Below are positions 11,389 to 23,086 of a DNA stretch of 64,000 nt, one piece after another. Where the stretch lies: contig OX597817.1 of NCBI GenBank assembly GCA_951406725.2, forward strand, positions 169,136,001 to 169,200,000. The letters are read 5' to 3'. The number at the start of each line of letters is the position of its first letter. The stretch's first letter is position 1. The translations under genes were made by a program, and so were the position numbers. The stretch comes from Octopus vulgaris (lineage: Eukaryota). The notes under the pieces were generated by a model. It saw only the letters and a list, made by a program, of their open reading frames with translations, was not told the DNA's origin and made no database searches.

Positions 11389-12995
11389 CCCAGTGTAAGC
11401 TATGGACACATAAGAGGTGCAGCAATGTCAAAGGTAGGCTAACTGGGAAGATAGTTTTTGTATGTGGCAGATGCTCAGGAGCATTAACCTCCGAAAATCT
11501 GCAGAAAATAACTTCAGTCACTTTCCAAGGGGAAAAACTAGAAGTAGTTGATAGCTTCCGTTATCTAGGTGACCAAGTCAGTAGTGGGGGTGGGTGCGCT
11601 GAAAGTGTAACTGCTAGAATAAGAATAGCCTAGGCAAAGTTTAGGGAGCTCTTACCTCTGCTGGTGACTAAAGGCCTCTCGCTCAGAGTAAAAAGCAGAC
11701 TGTATGATGCGTGTGTACGAACAGCCATGCTACATGGCAGTGAAACATGGGCCGTGACTGCCGAGGATATGCGTAAGCTCGTGAGGAATGAAGCCAGTAT
11801 GCTCTATGGATGTGTAATGTCAGTGTACATACTCGACAGAGCGTTAGCACCTTGAGAGAAATGTTGTACCTAAGAGGCATCAGTTGTGGTGTGCAAGAGA
11901 GACGATTGCGCTGGTATGGTCATGTGGCGAGAATGGATGAAGATAGGTGTGTGAGAAAGTGCCAATCCTTAGCAGTTGAGGGAACCCGTGGAAGAGGTAG
12001 ACCCAGGAAAACCTGGGACGAGGTGGTGAAGCACGACCTTCGAACTTTAGGCCTCACTGAGGAAATGACCAGCGACCGAGACCTTTGGAAATATTCTGTA
12101 CGTGAGAAGACTAGGCAGGACAAGTGAGCCCAGCCCACTTATGAATGCCTTTCCTCCCTTGGACACAAAGACCTGTTGGGGCAAGCGAAGTCGATATAGA
12201 ACCTCATCTGATGACAGGCACCCATGCCAACCCCCTTTGCTTGCGAAGACATGTTGGGGCAAGCGAAATCGAAATCGAAGTCAAAATCGAATTGAACCAG
12301 CCAGGATCCCTGGTCTGGTGGTACGTAAAAAGCACTATCCGACTCGTGGCCGATGCCAGCGCCGCCTCCACTGGCTTCTGTGCCGGTGGCACGTAAAATA
12401 CGCCAATCTGACCGTACGACAGGCACCCATGCCAACCCCCTTGCTTGCGAAGACATGTTGGGGCAAGCGAAATTGAATTGAACCAGCCAGGTTCCCTGGT
12501 CTGGTGGTACGTAAAAAGCACTATTCGACTCGTGGCCGATGCCAGCGCCGCCTCCACTGGCTTCTGTGCCGGTGGCACGTAAAATACACCAATCTGACCG
12601 TACAACAGGCACCCATGCCAACCCCCTTGCTTGCGAAGACATGTTGGGGCAAGCGAAATCGAAATCGAATTGAACCAGCCAGGATCGTAAAAAGCACCAT
12701 CCGACTCGTGGCCGATGCCAGCACCGCCTCATCTGGCTTCTGTGCCGGTGGCACATAAAATACACCAATCCGACCGTGGCCGTTGCCAGCCTCGCCTGGC
12801 ACCTGTGCAGGTGGCACGTAAAAGCACCCACTACACTCACGGAGTGGTTGGCGTTAGGAAGGGCATCCAGCTGTAGAAACACTGCCAGATAAGACTGGAG
12901 CCTGGTGCAGCCTTCTGGCTTCCCAGATCCCCGGTCGAACCGTCCAACCCATGCTAGCATGGAGAACGGACGTTAAACGATGATGATGATGATGA

Positions 12996-12999
<4 letters not shown>
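11389..12999 (+). mobile_element. 5'-truncated RTE-clade LINE (ORF C-terminus to 12127, modular 3' UTR, (GAT)n tail)
   Basis: LWTHKRCS...LEVVDSFRYLG...YDACVRTAMLHGSETW...RGRGRPRKTW; premature TAG at about 11631 and a frameshift at about 11805; (TA)n on both sides. Confidence 0.93.
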
Positions 13000-13071
<72 letters not shown>

Positions 13072-13959
13072 AAGTACTAAAATGTTTTAAGTGTTTAGGG
13101 CTTCCAAGGATCTTGATCCAGTCCTGGACATGGCTTGCATTCCAGTAAGAGGTGATAGCTGGGCTCCATGTTGGATCTGTAACAGACAGCTTGCTGCCAA
13201 TTTCTTGGTTGTTTACAGTAATATGAAGAATTTGATCTTTGCAACACTACTCCATTTCAGTGATATTTTTGCACTTGTATTTTGTGTCATCCCCCCCATT
13301 GCTTGTGTTTTTTTTTTCTTTCTTATTTGTCCCACTTTCTAGAGAAAATTTCACTTTCGTTTTAACCAATCAATGTCATTTTTCCTTTAAACAATTTTTA
13401 AAATGTCAAACTAGAAATCGTGAATGGTGAACATAGTTTTGCTGACATCGCAGCTTTTGACGTTTACTTTCCAATTTTTTTTACTTCTTTTTTTCTTTCT
13501 TTTACCTAGTATTTGCATGCTATAGTTTGTAGCTTTGTCTGCTTCCAGGTTCACCGTTCCAAGAATAAGCTAAAAATTGTATTTATTTTAATTCACGTTA
13601 GAAAAGTTGTACGTGTTGATAACAAAGTAGAAAAGTGGCAAAAGAAGATTGGAAGAAGAGAAACGATATATAGAAAATAATAAAAAACCAGATTTGCGAA
13701 AACCTGTGAATTCCAGCAGAAAGGTAATAGAAAAGATGCAGAGAAGTTTTGACTTGACATGATCGGATGAAGTTTTAGATTGGATTAATCACTAACGATC
13801 AGTGATATTAAGGCTCCAGAAAACTGAGTCAAATGTTCGTATAAATTTTATTTATGCAAATAAAAAATTATTGATGTTACTACATGACTCCTAGAGTCTT
13901 CAGTTTCACGATCTTTCTTTAGGTTGAAGGCCTCCTTGGGAGATAACAAAAGTTGGTCC

Positions 13960-14053
13960 GGATAGATAAATAGATAGGTAGGTAGGTAGGTAGGTAGGTA
14001 GGTAGGTAGATAGATAGGTGGATAGATAGATAGAGAGATAGATAGATAGACAC

Positions 14054-14117
<64 letters not shown>

Positions 14118-14118
14118 C

Positions 14119-14150
<32 letters not shown>

Positions 14151-14165
14151 AAGACACAGACATAC

Positions 14166-14236
<71 letters not shown>

Positions 14237-14237
14237 C

Positions 14238-14277
<40 letters not shown>
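13960..14277. repeat. (GATA)n/(GGTA)n tetranucleotide microsatellite
   Basis: Direct reading. Confidence 0.97.
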
Positions 14278-14278
<1 letters not shown>

Positions 14279-14572
14279 TGGCCGATCTAAGGGGTTACCC
14301 TGGGTTTCACGTACATAAAGCCCTTAGCTTTACAACGTTTCTTCAGACCCTAAAACCCATTGGCTTGGGGACATGAGTTGAAGAGATTGATAACAAACAT
14401 TATAAGTGGAAGGACGCAATACACATAAAAGTGTTAAATATATTTTAAACGGGTTAACTGTAAAATTATCTTTGGAGATATATATATAAGTATATACACG
14501 CACATGTATGTATGTGTGTATACTGCAAGATATATGAGCTGGAAGGAAGGGGAGGGAGAAGAGAAAGAGAAG

Positions 14573-14574
<2 letters not shown>

Positions 14575-14607
<33 letters not shown>

Positions 14608-14763
14608 AATGAGAGGGAGCAGACGAAATCATTCTTTGAATCAGTAACAACAAACAGGCTGGGTCAATGTCAGGGTTCAGATAAGATTAATTTCGCGCAT
14701 TTGCCGAAAAGTCTTGAGAGTTGTTATTCGCCCGTATCGTTCACAACTTCCAATAACACGAAC
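14575..14763 (+). promoter_or_regulatory. Putative AMT promoter/5' UTR with (GA)n tract
   Basis: Unique, relatively CpG-containing sequence directly upstream of the ATG; (GA)n at about 14577-14603. Confidence 0.4.
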
Positions 14764-14874
14764 ATGACTTTGTCGCACATCGTTTTTAGTGGGATATCAT
14801 TAGGCACCCGGCTGGGTACCCGATCGCAACTGTTGCTGCTCAACTGTAGCAAAAGATTGTATTCCAGCACTGAG
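14764..14874 (+). CDS. AMT: AMT exon 1 (mitochondrial transit peptide MTLSHIVFSGISLGTRLGTRSQLLLLNCSKRLYSSTE)
   Basis: ATG then 37 codons rich in R/S/L/T with no acidic residue until the end; R-x-Y-S-S cleavage-like motif; GAG|gtaaag donor in phase 0 matches exon 2. Confidence 0.8.
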
Positions 14875-14984
14875 GTAAAGCGAAAAAGTTTTAACTTGTT
14901 TTATTACGATAAAAAAAAAAATTATTGTGTCTCTTGGTATATATACACGCTCATATTTTACTTCCATTCATGAATATATGCGTA

Positions 14985-15040
14985 TATGTATATATATATA
15001 TATACATACATATATATATACATACATATATATATATATG

Positions 15041-15071
<31 letters not shown>

Positions 15072-15155
15072 GTATATGTATATATATGTATGTATATATA
15101 TATATATATGTATGTATATATATATATGTATGTATGTATATATATACACACACAC
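14985..15155. repeat. (TA)/(TATG) compound microsatellite
   Basis: Direct reading. Confidence 0.95.
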
Positions 15156-15241
15156 AATTACAGCTCATATCAAAACATAAGCAGGTACAGACAAAGGTAC
15201 ATGCAGATGCGCGTACACACAACATCGAGTACATAAATATT

Positions 15242-15329
15242 GGCGGAGGTAAAGAATCCGTACCCACCACCCGTTTTCGGCCTAACAAAAACCCTAACTC
15301 TAAACACCGGGTGTGCGTATTCTTTCGCC
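15242..15329. mobile_element. Tiny MITE with GG termini and 8-bp TSD; second copy about 17619-17740
   Basis: TAAATATT on both sides; TIR GGCG..GTAAAGAAT.CGTAC / G.G.GCGTATTCTTT.GCC; internal CCCTAA-like units. Confidence 0.7.
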
Positions 15330-16301
15330 TAAATATTTATTAACACGTCTTTCTTTCGAATTTACTCGTGTTTGGTGTTCTTTATCTGTTTGCACATTAC
15401 GAATGCATCATGCACTCATAAACAGAAAATACACACACACAGATGTTTATTTCATCTTTCTTCTTCTCTTTTCGTTCCATATTTTTTCTGCGTCGTTCGT
15501 TTGTTCTTTCTCTCTCAATGTATCTCCTGACCTCCACCCATTATAGGATAACATTTACTGAAACAAAACCACGTGCTCGGAGTACAAGAGGAAAGGACTC
15601 TTGTGCGATCATGTAACCTGTTAGAAATAGCAGCCAAATTTCACTCAAATCGCGGTTTATCGACTTAAAAACAAGAAGGAACACGACGAATGATGTAGTT
15701 CAGGATACATTGCCCCCCCCCCCAAAAAAAAAACCCATCTGGAAAGGCACGGATGAAATCCTTTCTTTCATCGGGGTCAATTTGGGATTCAACAACACAC
15801 CACGTTACACTTATGTTACAATGGCGTGTCTACGGTGTCGCTCGACATGTTAGAAATAGTAGCCAATCTTCCTTAAGCTAATACATTATCATCTTAAAAA
15901 GAAGAACAGATGAAATGGTCGTAACTAGTATATCCGTAGTATACCACACTATATACTATCTTCACTATTCGAGCAATGTCTCTACTAGTTAACTTGAGCT
16001 GAAAAAAGACAAAGGCCCGACTGCTTTCTCAATCTAATTATCAGAATTTCAGAGGTTGTCTCCCTTCTATTTTTGACTAGAATTAATCATTTAGATTTTG
16101 ATTGTTTTCATCAGTTGGGTATAATTTTAAAACTAATTAACATTCAAATTCCTATATCTTATGGGAAAAGGGAAAAGGGTACGGAAATAAGGGGCGAAAT
16201 GTAAAAAATTAAAATATTTGGAAAAAGTTTATTTTGCCTTCATAATCGTATCTTCCGTTGTATGAAATATAAGAATACTGTAAAATAAAGGAAAAAAAAT
16301 A

Positions 16302-16717
16302 GGATCTTTTCGGTTTGACCGGCAGTTTTTAAAAATAATTTCCACGTAACTAAACACTTTTAAACTTCGTATACTGGTAGAATGTGTTTAAAAAACATCT
16401 TTTTCTCTTGGCTTTATTGAGAAAATTCTATAGTTTGTAAGTTTTTTGTTGTTGTCTTTTCTTCAATTTCTGCAATTTCAACCAATCAATGACGTGTATT
16501 GAGGTGAAAACATTCTGTGCCGTATGAATATGTCCCTCGTTTAAAAAACAGATTGGGTTTATTTACATTTGTGAAGAAAAAAGATACCCGTCCCCCCACC
16601 CTAACCCTAACCCTAAAACAGATTAAAATGCAATAGATCGATACTAGGTTCATAATTATGGGTGACAATTTCATATGACACCGCTAGAAAAAACTGCCAT
16701 TCAAACCGAAAAGATCC
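16302..16717. mobile_element. MITE with about 28-bp TIR, 8-bp TSD and an internal (CCCTAA)3 (Merlin-like)
   Basis: GGATCTTTTCGGTTTGA..GGCAGTTTT / AAAACTGCC..TCAAACCGAAAAGATCC; AAAAAATA on both sides. Confidence 0.8.
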
Positions 16718-16919
16718 AAAAAATATCTTTTCTTTTTTCATGAGGGCTGGCATTTCATTTCATGGCACACTACGTAAATAACCCTTGCAGACTTTAATAT
16801 TAAGTTAGCACGTAACAAGAGTCCCTGGGAATTTCTCCTAGTCATTCTCTCTAACTTCTAACGTCGCTATTTGGTCCACAAAAATTATAATTTTCTATTC
16901 AAGTTATATCTGCAATACA

Positions 16920-16958
16920 TTTGCTGATGAGGCTTCATAATGTTGAAACATGTCTGGA
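16920..16958 (+). ncRNA. Degenerate minimal hammerhead motif
   Basis: tttg-CTGATGA-GGCttcataatGTT-GAAA-CATG-TC-tgga; palindromic ACATGT, GUC triplet; stems mostly G-U. Confidence 0.45.
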
Positions 16959-17270
16959 GTTGTCACCGACTGCTGAAGGTGAAGCTCGCTACCCACTGCA
17001 TTCAATATTTAACAAGCGATCCTCGACTGAACAACATCAGGTTCACAGTAAAGCAATTTTGTTGTAGTTTCATGATGTATATCTACTATCAGAGCCATCA
17101 TTTTTTTTGTTACTCTTCACAAACGGCCTTGTTTATTTACTTTCACTTTTTGTCACAAGGACTGTTTTTTTCTTTTTTTGTGGCAGGGGCTGCAATTAAG
17201 ATGCTCATTGTTGTTCATAAGCAAAATAAAAAAAAAATGAATAAAAGTAAAAGAATTCTGATAAATCGAA

Positions 17271-17317
<47 letters not shown>

Positions 17318-18151
17318 TATTTCTTTACTACCCACAAGGGGCTAAACACAGAGAGGGGACAAACAAGGACAGACAAAGGGATTAAGTCGATTACATCGAC
17401 CCCCTAGTACGCAACTGGTACTTAATTTATCGACCCCGAAAGGATGAAAGGCAAAGAGATCAATTGTAAAAGTAATATTCGTCCATCTTTGAAATCAACA
17501 AATTCCCAAAATTTCTAATATATCGAAAAAACAAAACAAAAACAAACAAAAAATGCACTAACTAAGCAAAAAAACAAAAAAAACAAAACAAGAATTCATG
17601 AGAAAATAAGAAAAATGAAGCGAAGATAAAGAATACGTACAACACCTGTTTTCGGCGTAACAAAAACCCTGACCTTAAACCCCAACCCTAACTATAACCC
17701 TAAACTCTAACCACCGGGTATGCATATTCTTTACTTCACCGAAATCATCATCATCATCGTTTAACGTCCGTTCTCCATGCTAGCATGGGTTGGACGGTTC
17801 GACTGGGGATCTGGGAAGCCAGGAGGCTGCACCAGGCTCCAGTCTTATCTGGCAAAGTTTCTACAGCTGGATGCCCTTCCTAACGCCAACCACTCCGTGA
17901 GTGTAGTGGGTGCTTTTTACGTGCCACCTGCACTGGTGCCAGGCGAGGCTGGCATCGGCCATGGTCGGATTGGTGCATTTTATGGAAGCCAGTCAAGGTG
18001 GCACTGGCTTCGGCTACGATTCGGAATATGATACAAAATTCGAAATCCCTCTCAACAGCATCATTATTTTAGATTATGATGGAGTCTCATAAAACAGTCA
18101 AAAAGTGAAAGCGAACAAAATGGGTTACGGTAATCCCTCAACTATCGCAGA

Positions 18152-18560
18152 TACTCTTTTACTCTTCTACTTGTTTCAGTCAGTTGACTGCGGCCATGCT
18201 GGAGCACCGCCTTTAAGGGAGCAAATCGACCCCGGGACTTATTCTTTGTAAGCCCAGTACTTATTCTATCAGTCTCTTTTGCCGAACCGCTAAGTGACGG
18301 GGACGTAAACACACCAGCATCGGTTGTCAAGCAATGCTAGGGGGACAAACACAGACACACAAACATATACACACATATATATATATATACATATATATAC
18401 GACAGGCTTCTTTCAGTTTCCGTCTACCAAATCCACTCACAAGGCATTGGTTGGCCCGGGGCTATAGCAGAAGAGACTTGCCCAAGATGCCACACAGTGG
18501 GACTGAACCCGGAACCATGTGGTTGGTTAGCAAGCTACTTACCACACAGCCACTCCTGCA
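18152..18560 (-). mobile_element. SINE A, young full-length copy
   Basis: Near-identical to copies at 37243, 42236 and 52452. Confidence 0.9.
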
Positions 18561-19954
18561 CCTATGTTACATTCCAAAAATACTGTACTGTATATTTTAA
18601 AATTATTTTTATAATTTGTATATATTTATTTTATTATAAATGCAAAACATCACCACGGAGGAATCGACGTAAGCTTAAATAATAAACCGCAATATGATGA
18701 GGGTCTATTGCATTTGATAAAAGTAAAACAAAAAAGAAAAAAATATTCAGGTTCTCATAAAAAGATACATATATCATGTAGCGAAACCGATGTTAACTCA
18801 ATAATCACTGTTAATTTTAATTAATTAAAATTTCCAGGGGTTGCCTCCCCTACTTTTTTTTTTTTTTTTTTACCTGACTTTTTTTTTTTTTTACCTGACT
18901 TCGATAATCCTAATGTTCATCAATAATATTTAGCAATCTTATAATTTTGATAGCCTAAAATATTTCGGCCGACTACATTAAGTATTCTTTCTAGTCCACA
19001 CTATTAGATACTGAATCTAAGGAAGTTGACCTTAGGTGGAACAACAACAACAGGAAACAGCCTTCATATGTAGAGGTCAAATTCAGAAATATACAAAATA
19101 GACATCCACCTACACCAAATATCATCATCATCGTCATTAAACAGCTGTTGTCCATGCTGGCATGGGTTGGATGGTTTGACCAGGGCTGTACAGATTCCAG
19201 TCTGATTTGGCATGGTTTCTACGGCTGAATGCTTTTCCTAACATCAACCATTCTGAGAGTGTAATGGGTGCTTTTATGTGCCACTGGTGGCGGGTGTCAG
19301 TTGTGTGGCACCAGTATCCGCCATGCCTTGAAGAAACAACTCCTGTATTGTTGCTTGTCACCTCCTTGAGCCACTTCTTTCTCCCTCACCTGCTCCCTAA
19401 CATGCTGATATTTACCATCAAATACTCCTTTACCTCATTTAGAGAATGTGTGGGCTTAGACTACGTGCCCTCCATTGGTCAGTTAAAGTTTAGACAGTGT
19501 CATGTGACAACTTGCTGGGGCTGCCTGTTGGAGCCTAGTAACAGGTATTTAAAGGGAAATTTGACAAGACAGTCAGTCGCCCGCTGACACTCGTTGGTGC
19601 TACATCGAAGAGGCCAAGGGACAGAAGAAAGAAGGAGAAAGAAGACATGCACCCAACACCACAGTTGAAGACATCTCCAAAAGAAATTGGGGCTGCCACG
19701 TCAAAACGGTAGAGGAGTAGTGGCCAAAACTGGACGTGGTTCCTCCTGATGATGTCTTGAGCTAACTGGATCCTATAAAGGAGCTGTTGTGGTAGCAGAC
19801 CACGAAACATGGTTGAAATTCCGTTTTTTTCATCACTCGCTACATCCATCTCTAATTCAATCCCTAACCACCTGTCACTCTCCTCACACTCTTAAGAAGT
19901 TACCTATCCTTTCGGAAATTACCCTTTTCTTCCTTCCTTATTCGCAGTCTATAT

Positions 19955-20355
19955 CAGTGGTTCTCAACTGTTTTTGCTTATGGACCCCCCTTTGATTCCT
20001 ATTTTACTGAGATAGACCCTCATAAAAAGGTAAAGTTATCTTCTGGGTTTCATGGCATATATTACCCCCACACCTGGACAGGACACCAGTCCATCATAAA
20101 ATTACTCATTTTTGCCAACTGAATGGACTGAAGCAATGTGAAATAAAGTGTTTTGCTCAAGAACACAACATGTTGCCCGGTCCAGGAATTGATACCACAA
20201 TCGTATGATCATGAATCCAACACCCTAACCACTAAGCCATGCACCTCCACATAGCCTCTCATAGCTATTTGATGTTTAAAAAATCCTATTATAACTGTTA
20301 TAATTAAATATTTATAGGAATTGCATAAAAAATTGTTAAAGTATTTTGTGTATTA
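19955..20355 (+). mobile_element. hAT/Charlie-like MITE fragment with nested SINE tail; related copies at about 6360-6480 and 27755-28235 (-)
   Basis: CAGTGGTTCTCAAC terminus; shared internal AT-rich sequence. Confidence 0.6.
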
Positions 20356-20455
20356 TTATTATTGCCATACAGTCTGAGAGTATGGAGGGAATTGGTGCAT
20401 AAGTGTGCATGCACAGGTGCTTTGATGAACATGTGTGTGTGTATGATTGTGTGCA

Positions 20456-20496
<41 letters not shown>

Positions 20497-20498
<2 letters not shown>

Positions 20499-20636
20499 GA
20501 AATTTATGAAAAAAACAACAAAAGACGAAGACAGGTGGTGTACAAAACAAACAGTTGTATTAGTATAACGCTCAGGAATAGAGAAAGTCTTTTACGTTTC
20601 AAGCCTACGCTCTTCTACAGAAAGGGACACAGAAAA
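20497..20636 (-). mobile_element. Short Penelope-pLTR-derived element at (TA)n; hammerhead-like motif at 20589-20624
   Basis: Minus strand CTTT-CTGTAGAA-GAGCgtagGCTT-GAAA-CGTA-AAAG. Confidence 0.7.
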
Positions 20637-21044
20637 TATATGTATATACATGTATATATGTGAATGTTTGAATCTGTCATTATATGCATGATGTAAGTGG
20701 ATATCTGCTTCTGATTGGTATAGATGTGTGCAGGTGGAAGAATGTCGGGTAGCTGACACCCACTTTGCCTGACTATCTAAGAGCTGATATTATAAACCTG
20801 TCAAATAAAGTGACCACTTACATCGTTCATCTCTGATATATGGCAGTGGTTGTTCATACTGTAGTTGATATTCTTGTTACTATTATTATTGTCATTTAAG
20901 GTAGCAAGCTGACAGAACTGTTAGCATGCTGGAGAAAATGCTTAGTGGTATTTCATCTGCTGCTACGTTCTGAGTTCAAATTCCACCGAGGTCAACTTTG
21001 TCTTTCATCCTTTCGGGGTCGATTAAATAAGTACCAGTTATGCA

Positions 21045-21080
<36 letters not shown>

Positions 21081-21554
21081 AGGCTTCTTTCAAGTTCCAT
21101 TCAGCAAATCCACTCTCAAGGCTTTGGTAGGCCCAGAGCTATAGTAGAAGACACTCGCCCAAGGTGCCATGCAGTGGGATTGAAACTGAAACCACATGGT
21201 TAGGAAAGACTTTTAAAAAGCTGGTGTACTGTAACACTTTTAATGTCTAATTTGGTGTATTGTGGATTGAAAAGTATTAAATGTTGCTAAAATAGGTTAA
21301 AGAATGATAAGTGTGGAGTGAAAATATAAAAGGACAGATAACATCTAACTCCATTAACTTTTCTTTATCTTATCAGTTTTAGCATAAAACAATTTAAAAT
21401 TCTCCTTGAGAAGTAGACAGTTGCCTATCTAGGTCTTCATTATAGTATTTGACACCAAGAGGAAGGTTTGTCAACTAGCATTACCATCATTCACCTCAGA
21501 GAGGAGTTAGTGAAGTGGACTCTGTACCAGTGGTTCTCAACTGGGGTCCTTATA

Positions 21555-21798
21555 ATACAAGGTGGTATCGAAAAGTCCCTGGTCTCTCTCTCTCTCTCTT
21601 TTTACTTCTTTCAGTCATTTGACTGCGGCCATGCTGGAGCACCACCTTTAGTCGAGCAAATCGACTCCGGAACTTATTCTTTGTAAGCCCAGTACTTATT
21701 CTATCGGTCTCTTTTGCCGAACCGCTAAGTGACGGGGGACATAAACACACCAGCATCGGTTGTCAAGCAATGCTAGGGGAACAAACACAGACACACAA

Positions 21799-21853
<55 letters not shown>

Positions 21854-22360
21854 TATATATGACAGGTTTCTTTCAGTTTCCGTCTACCAAATTCACTCAC
21901 AAGGCATTGGTCGGTCCGGGGCTATAGCAGAAGACACTTGCCCAAGATGCCACACAGTGGGACTGAACCCGGAACCATATGTGGTTGGTTAGCAAGCTAC
22001 TTACCACACAGCCACTCCTGTGCCTAGTTATGTTTAATAAAAAAGAACTTATTTATCTGAGTTTTGTAACATCATCTCCCTCAAAATAGTCACCCTGCAC
22101 CGCAATACACTGGTTTCGGAGTTCCTACCACTTTCGGAATCCGGCCTGGAAGTTGTATTCCATGAGTTGAGGACCTTCCGCGATTTGCTCTAGATCTTGA
22201 CAACTGTGTTAATAAAGGCAACCTTTGAGCTGCGTTTTCATCTTGGAGAAGAAATGGAAGTTCACAGGTGCTAAATCTGGTGAATAAAGTGGAATGGAAG
22301 CAATGCCATGTTTTTGGTGAGAAACTCATGAATGAAATCAATGTAGTCTGAACAGGTGCA
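21555..22360 (-). mobile_element. Mariner 3' fragment whose TIR is interrupted by a SINE A (about 21590-22025, -)
   Basis: TIR-like TACAAGGTGGTATCGAAAAGTCCCTGG; transposase C-terminus QCIAVQGDYFEGD. Confidence 0.7.
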
Positions 22361-22689
22361 CTGTGTGCACATCAGGTGTCAAAGAGGTTGCAGAGTAATG
22401 TGAGATGAAGTATTTTGCACCACCCAGTCTAGGAATTGAAATCACGATTGCTAGATTGTGAGTGCAACACCCTAACAACTAGGCCATGCGCTGTAATATA
22501 TATGCATATATATATTCTGAAACAATGATGAGCTGAATGCCTTTACTTATTGGACTGCTTGGTTAGAGGTAAACTACCTAGGGTTAAACAACAACAGCAA
22601 TCATTCCCTTCAGAATATATATCTAATCACCAAAATGTTAGGTGCTGCAGGCACATTTATGTTTCAATGTGAGGGTGCCTTATTTTATC

Positions 22690-23086
22690 GAAATCGATCA
22701 ATGGAAATCGATCAATGGAAATTGCAGATGTGTTACCAGTGCCGGTGGCATGTAAGAGAACTTTCCGTTTCGCGACCGTTGCCAGCACCGCCCCGTTTCG
22801 TGTCCGTTGCCAGCCTCGCCTCGCCCTCGTGCCGGTGGCACATAAAAAGCACCATCCGTTCGTGGCCGTTTGCCAGCTCTGTCTGGCACCAGTGCGGGTG
22901 GCACGTAAAAAGCACCCACTACACTCACGGAGTGGTTGGCGTTAGGAAGGGCATCCAGCCGTAGAAACACTGCCAGATTTGACTGGGCCTGATGAAGCCT
23001 TCTGGCTTCACAGACCCCAGTAGAACCGTCCAACCCATTCTAGCATGGAAAGCGGACGCTAAACGATGATGATGATGATGATGATG
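22690..23086 (+). mobile_element. RTE 3'-end fragment; others at about 3503(-), 17746(-), 23835, 24990, 26265, 29190(-), 34608, 41000, 42743(-), 43500, 44508(-), 46505(-), 51067, 51903(-), 60268(-), 63200(-)
   Basis: Matches the 3' UTR and (GAT)n tail of the LINE at 11389-12999. Confidence 0.88.

Noticed and set aside
12205-12275. CTGATGA upstream of a GCTTGC/GCAAGC-GAAA hairpin as a hammerhead
   Set aside because: The core halves are separated by about 25 extra nt, stems I and III are missing, and CTGATGA is not conserved in the other units
12320-12830. Repeat-spacer pattern as a CRISPR array
   Set aside because: Eukaryotic LINE 3' UTR; spacers are themselves repeated and there are no cas genes
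13085-13295. Minus-strand frame of about 70 codons with one stop (…ILHITVNNQEIGSKLSVTDPTWSPAITSYWNASHVQDWIKILGSPK)
   Set aside because: No recognisable homology or convincing splice sites; would need a database search
16599-16616. (CCCTAA)3 as a chromosome end or fusion site
   Set aside because: Only three units, lying inside a TIR-bounded MITE
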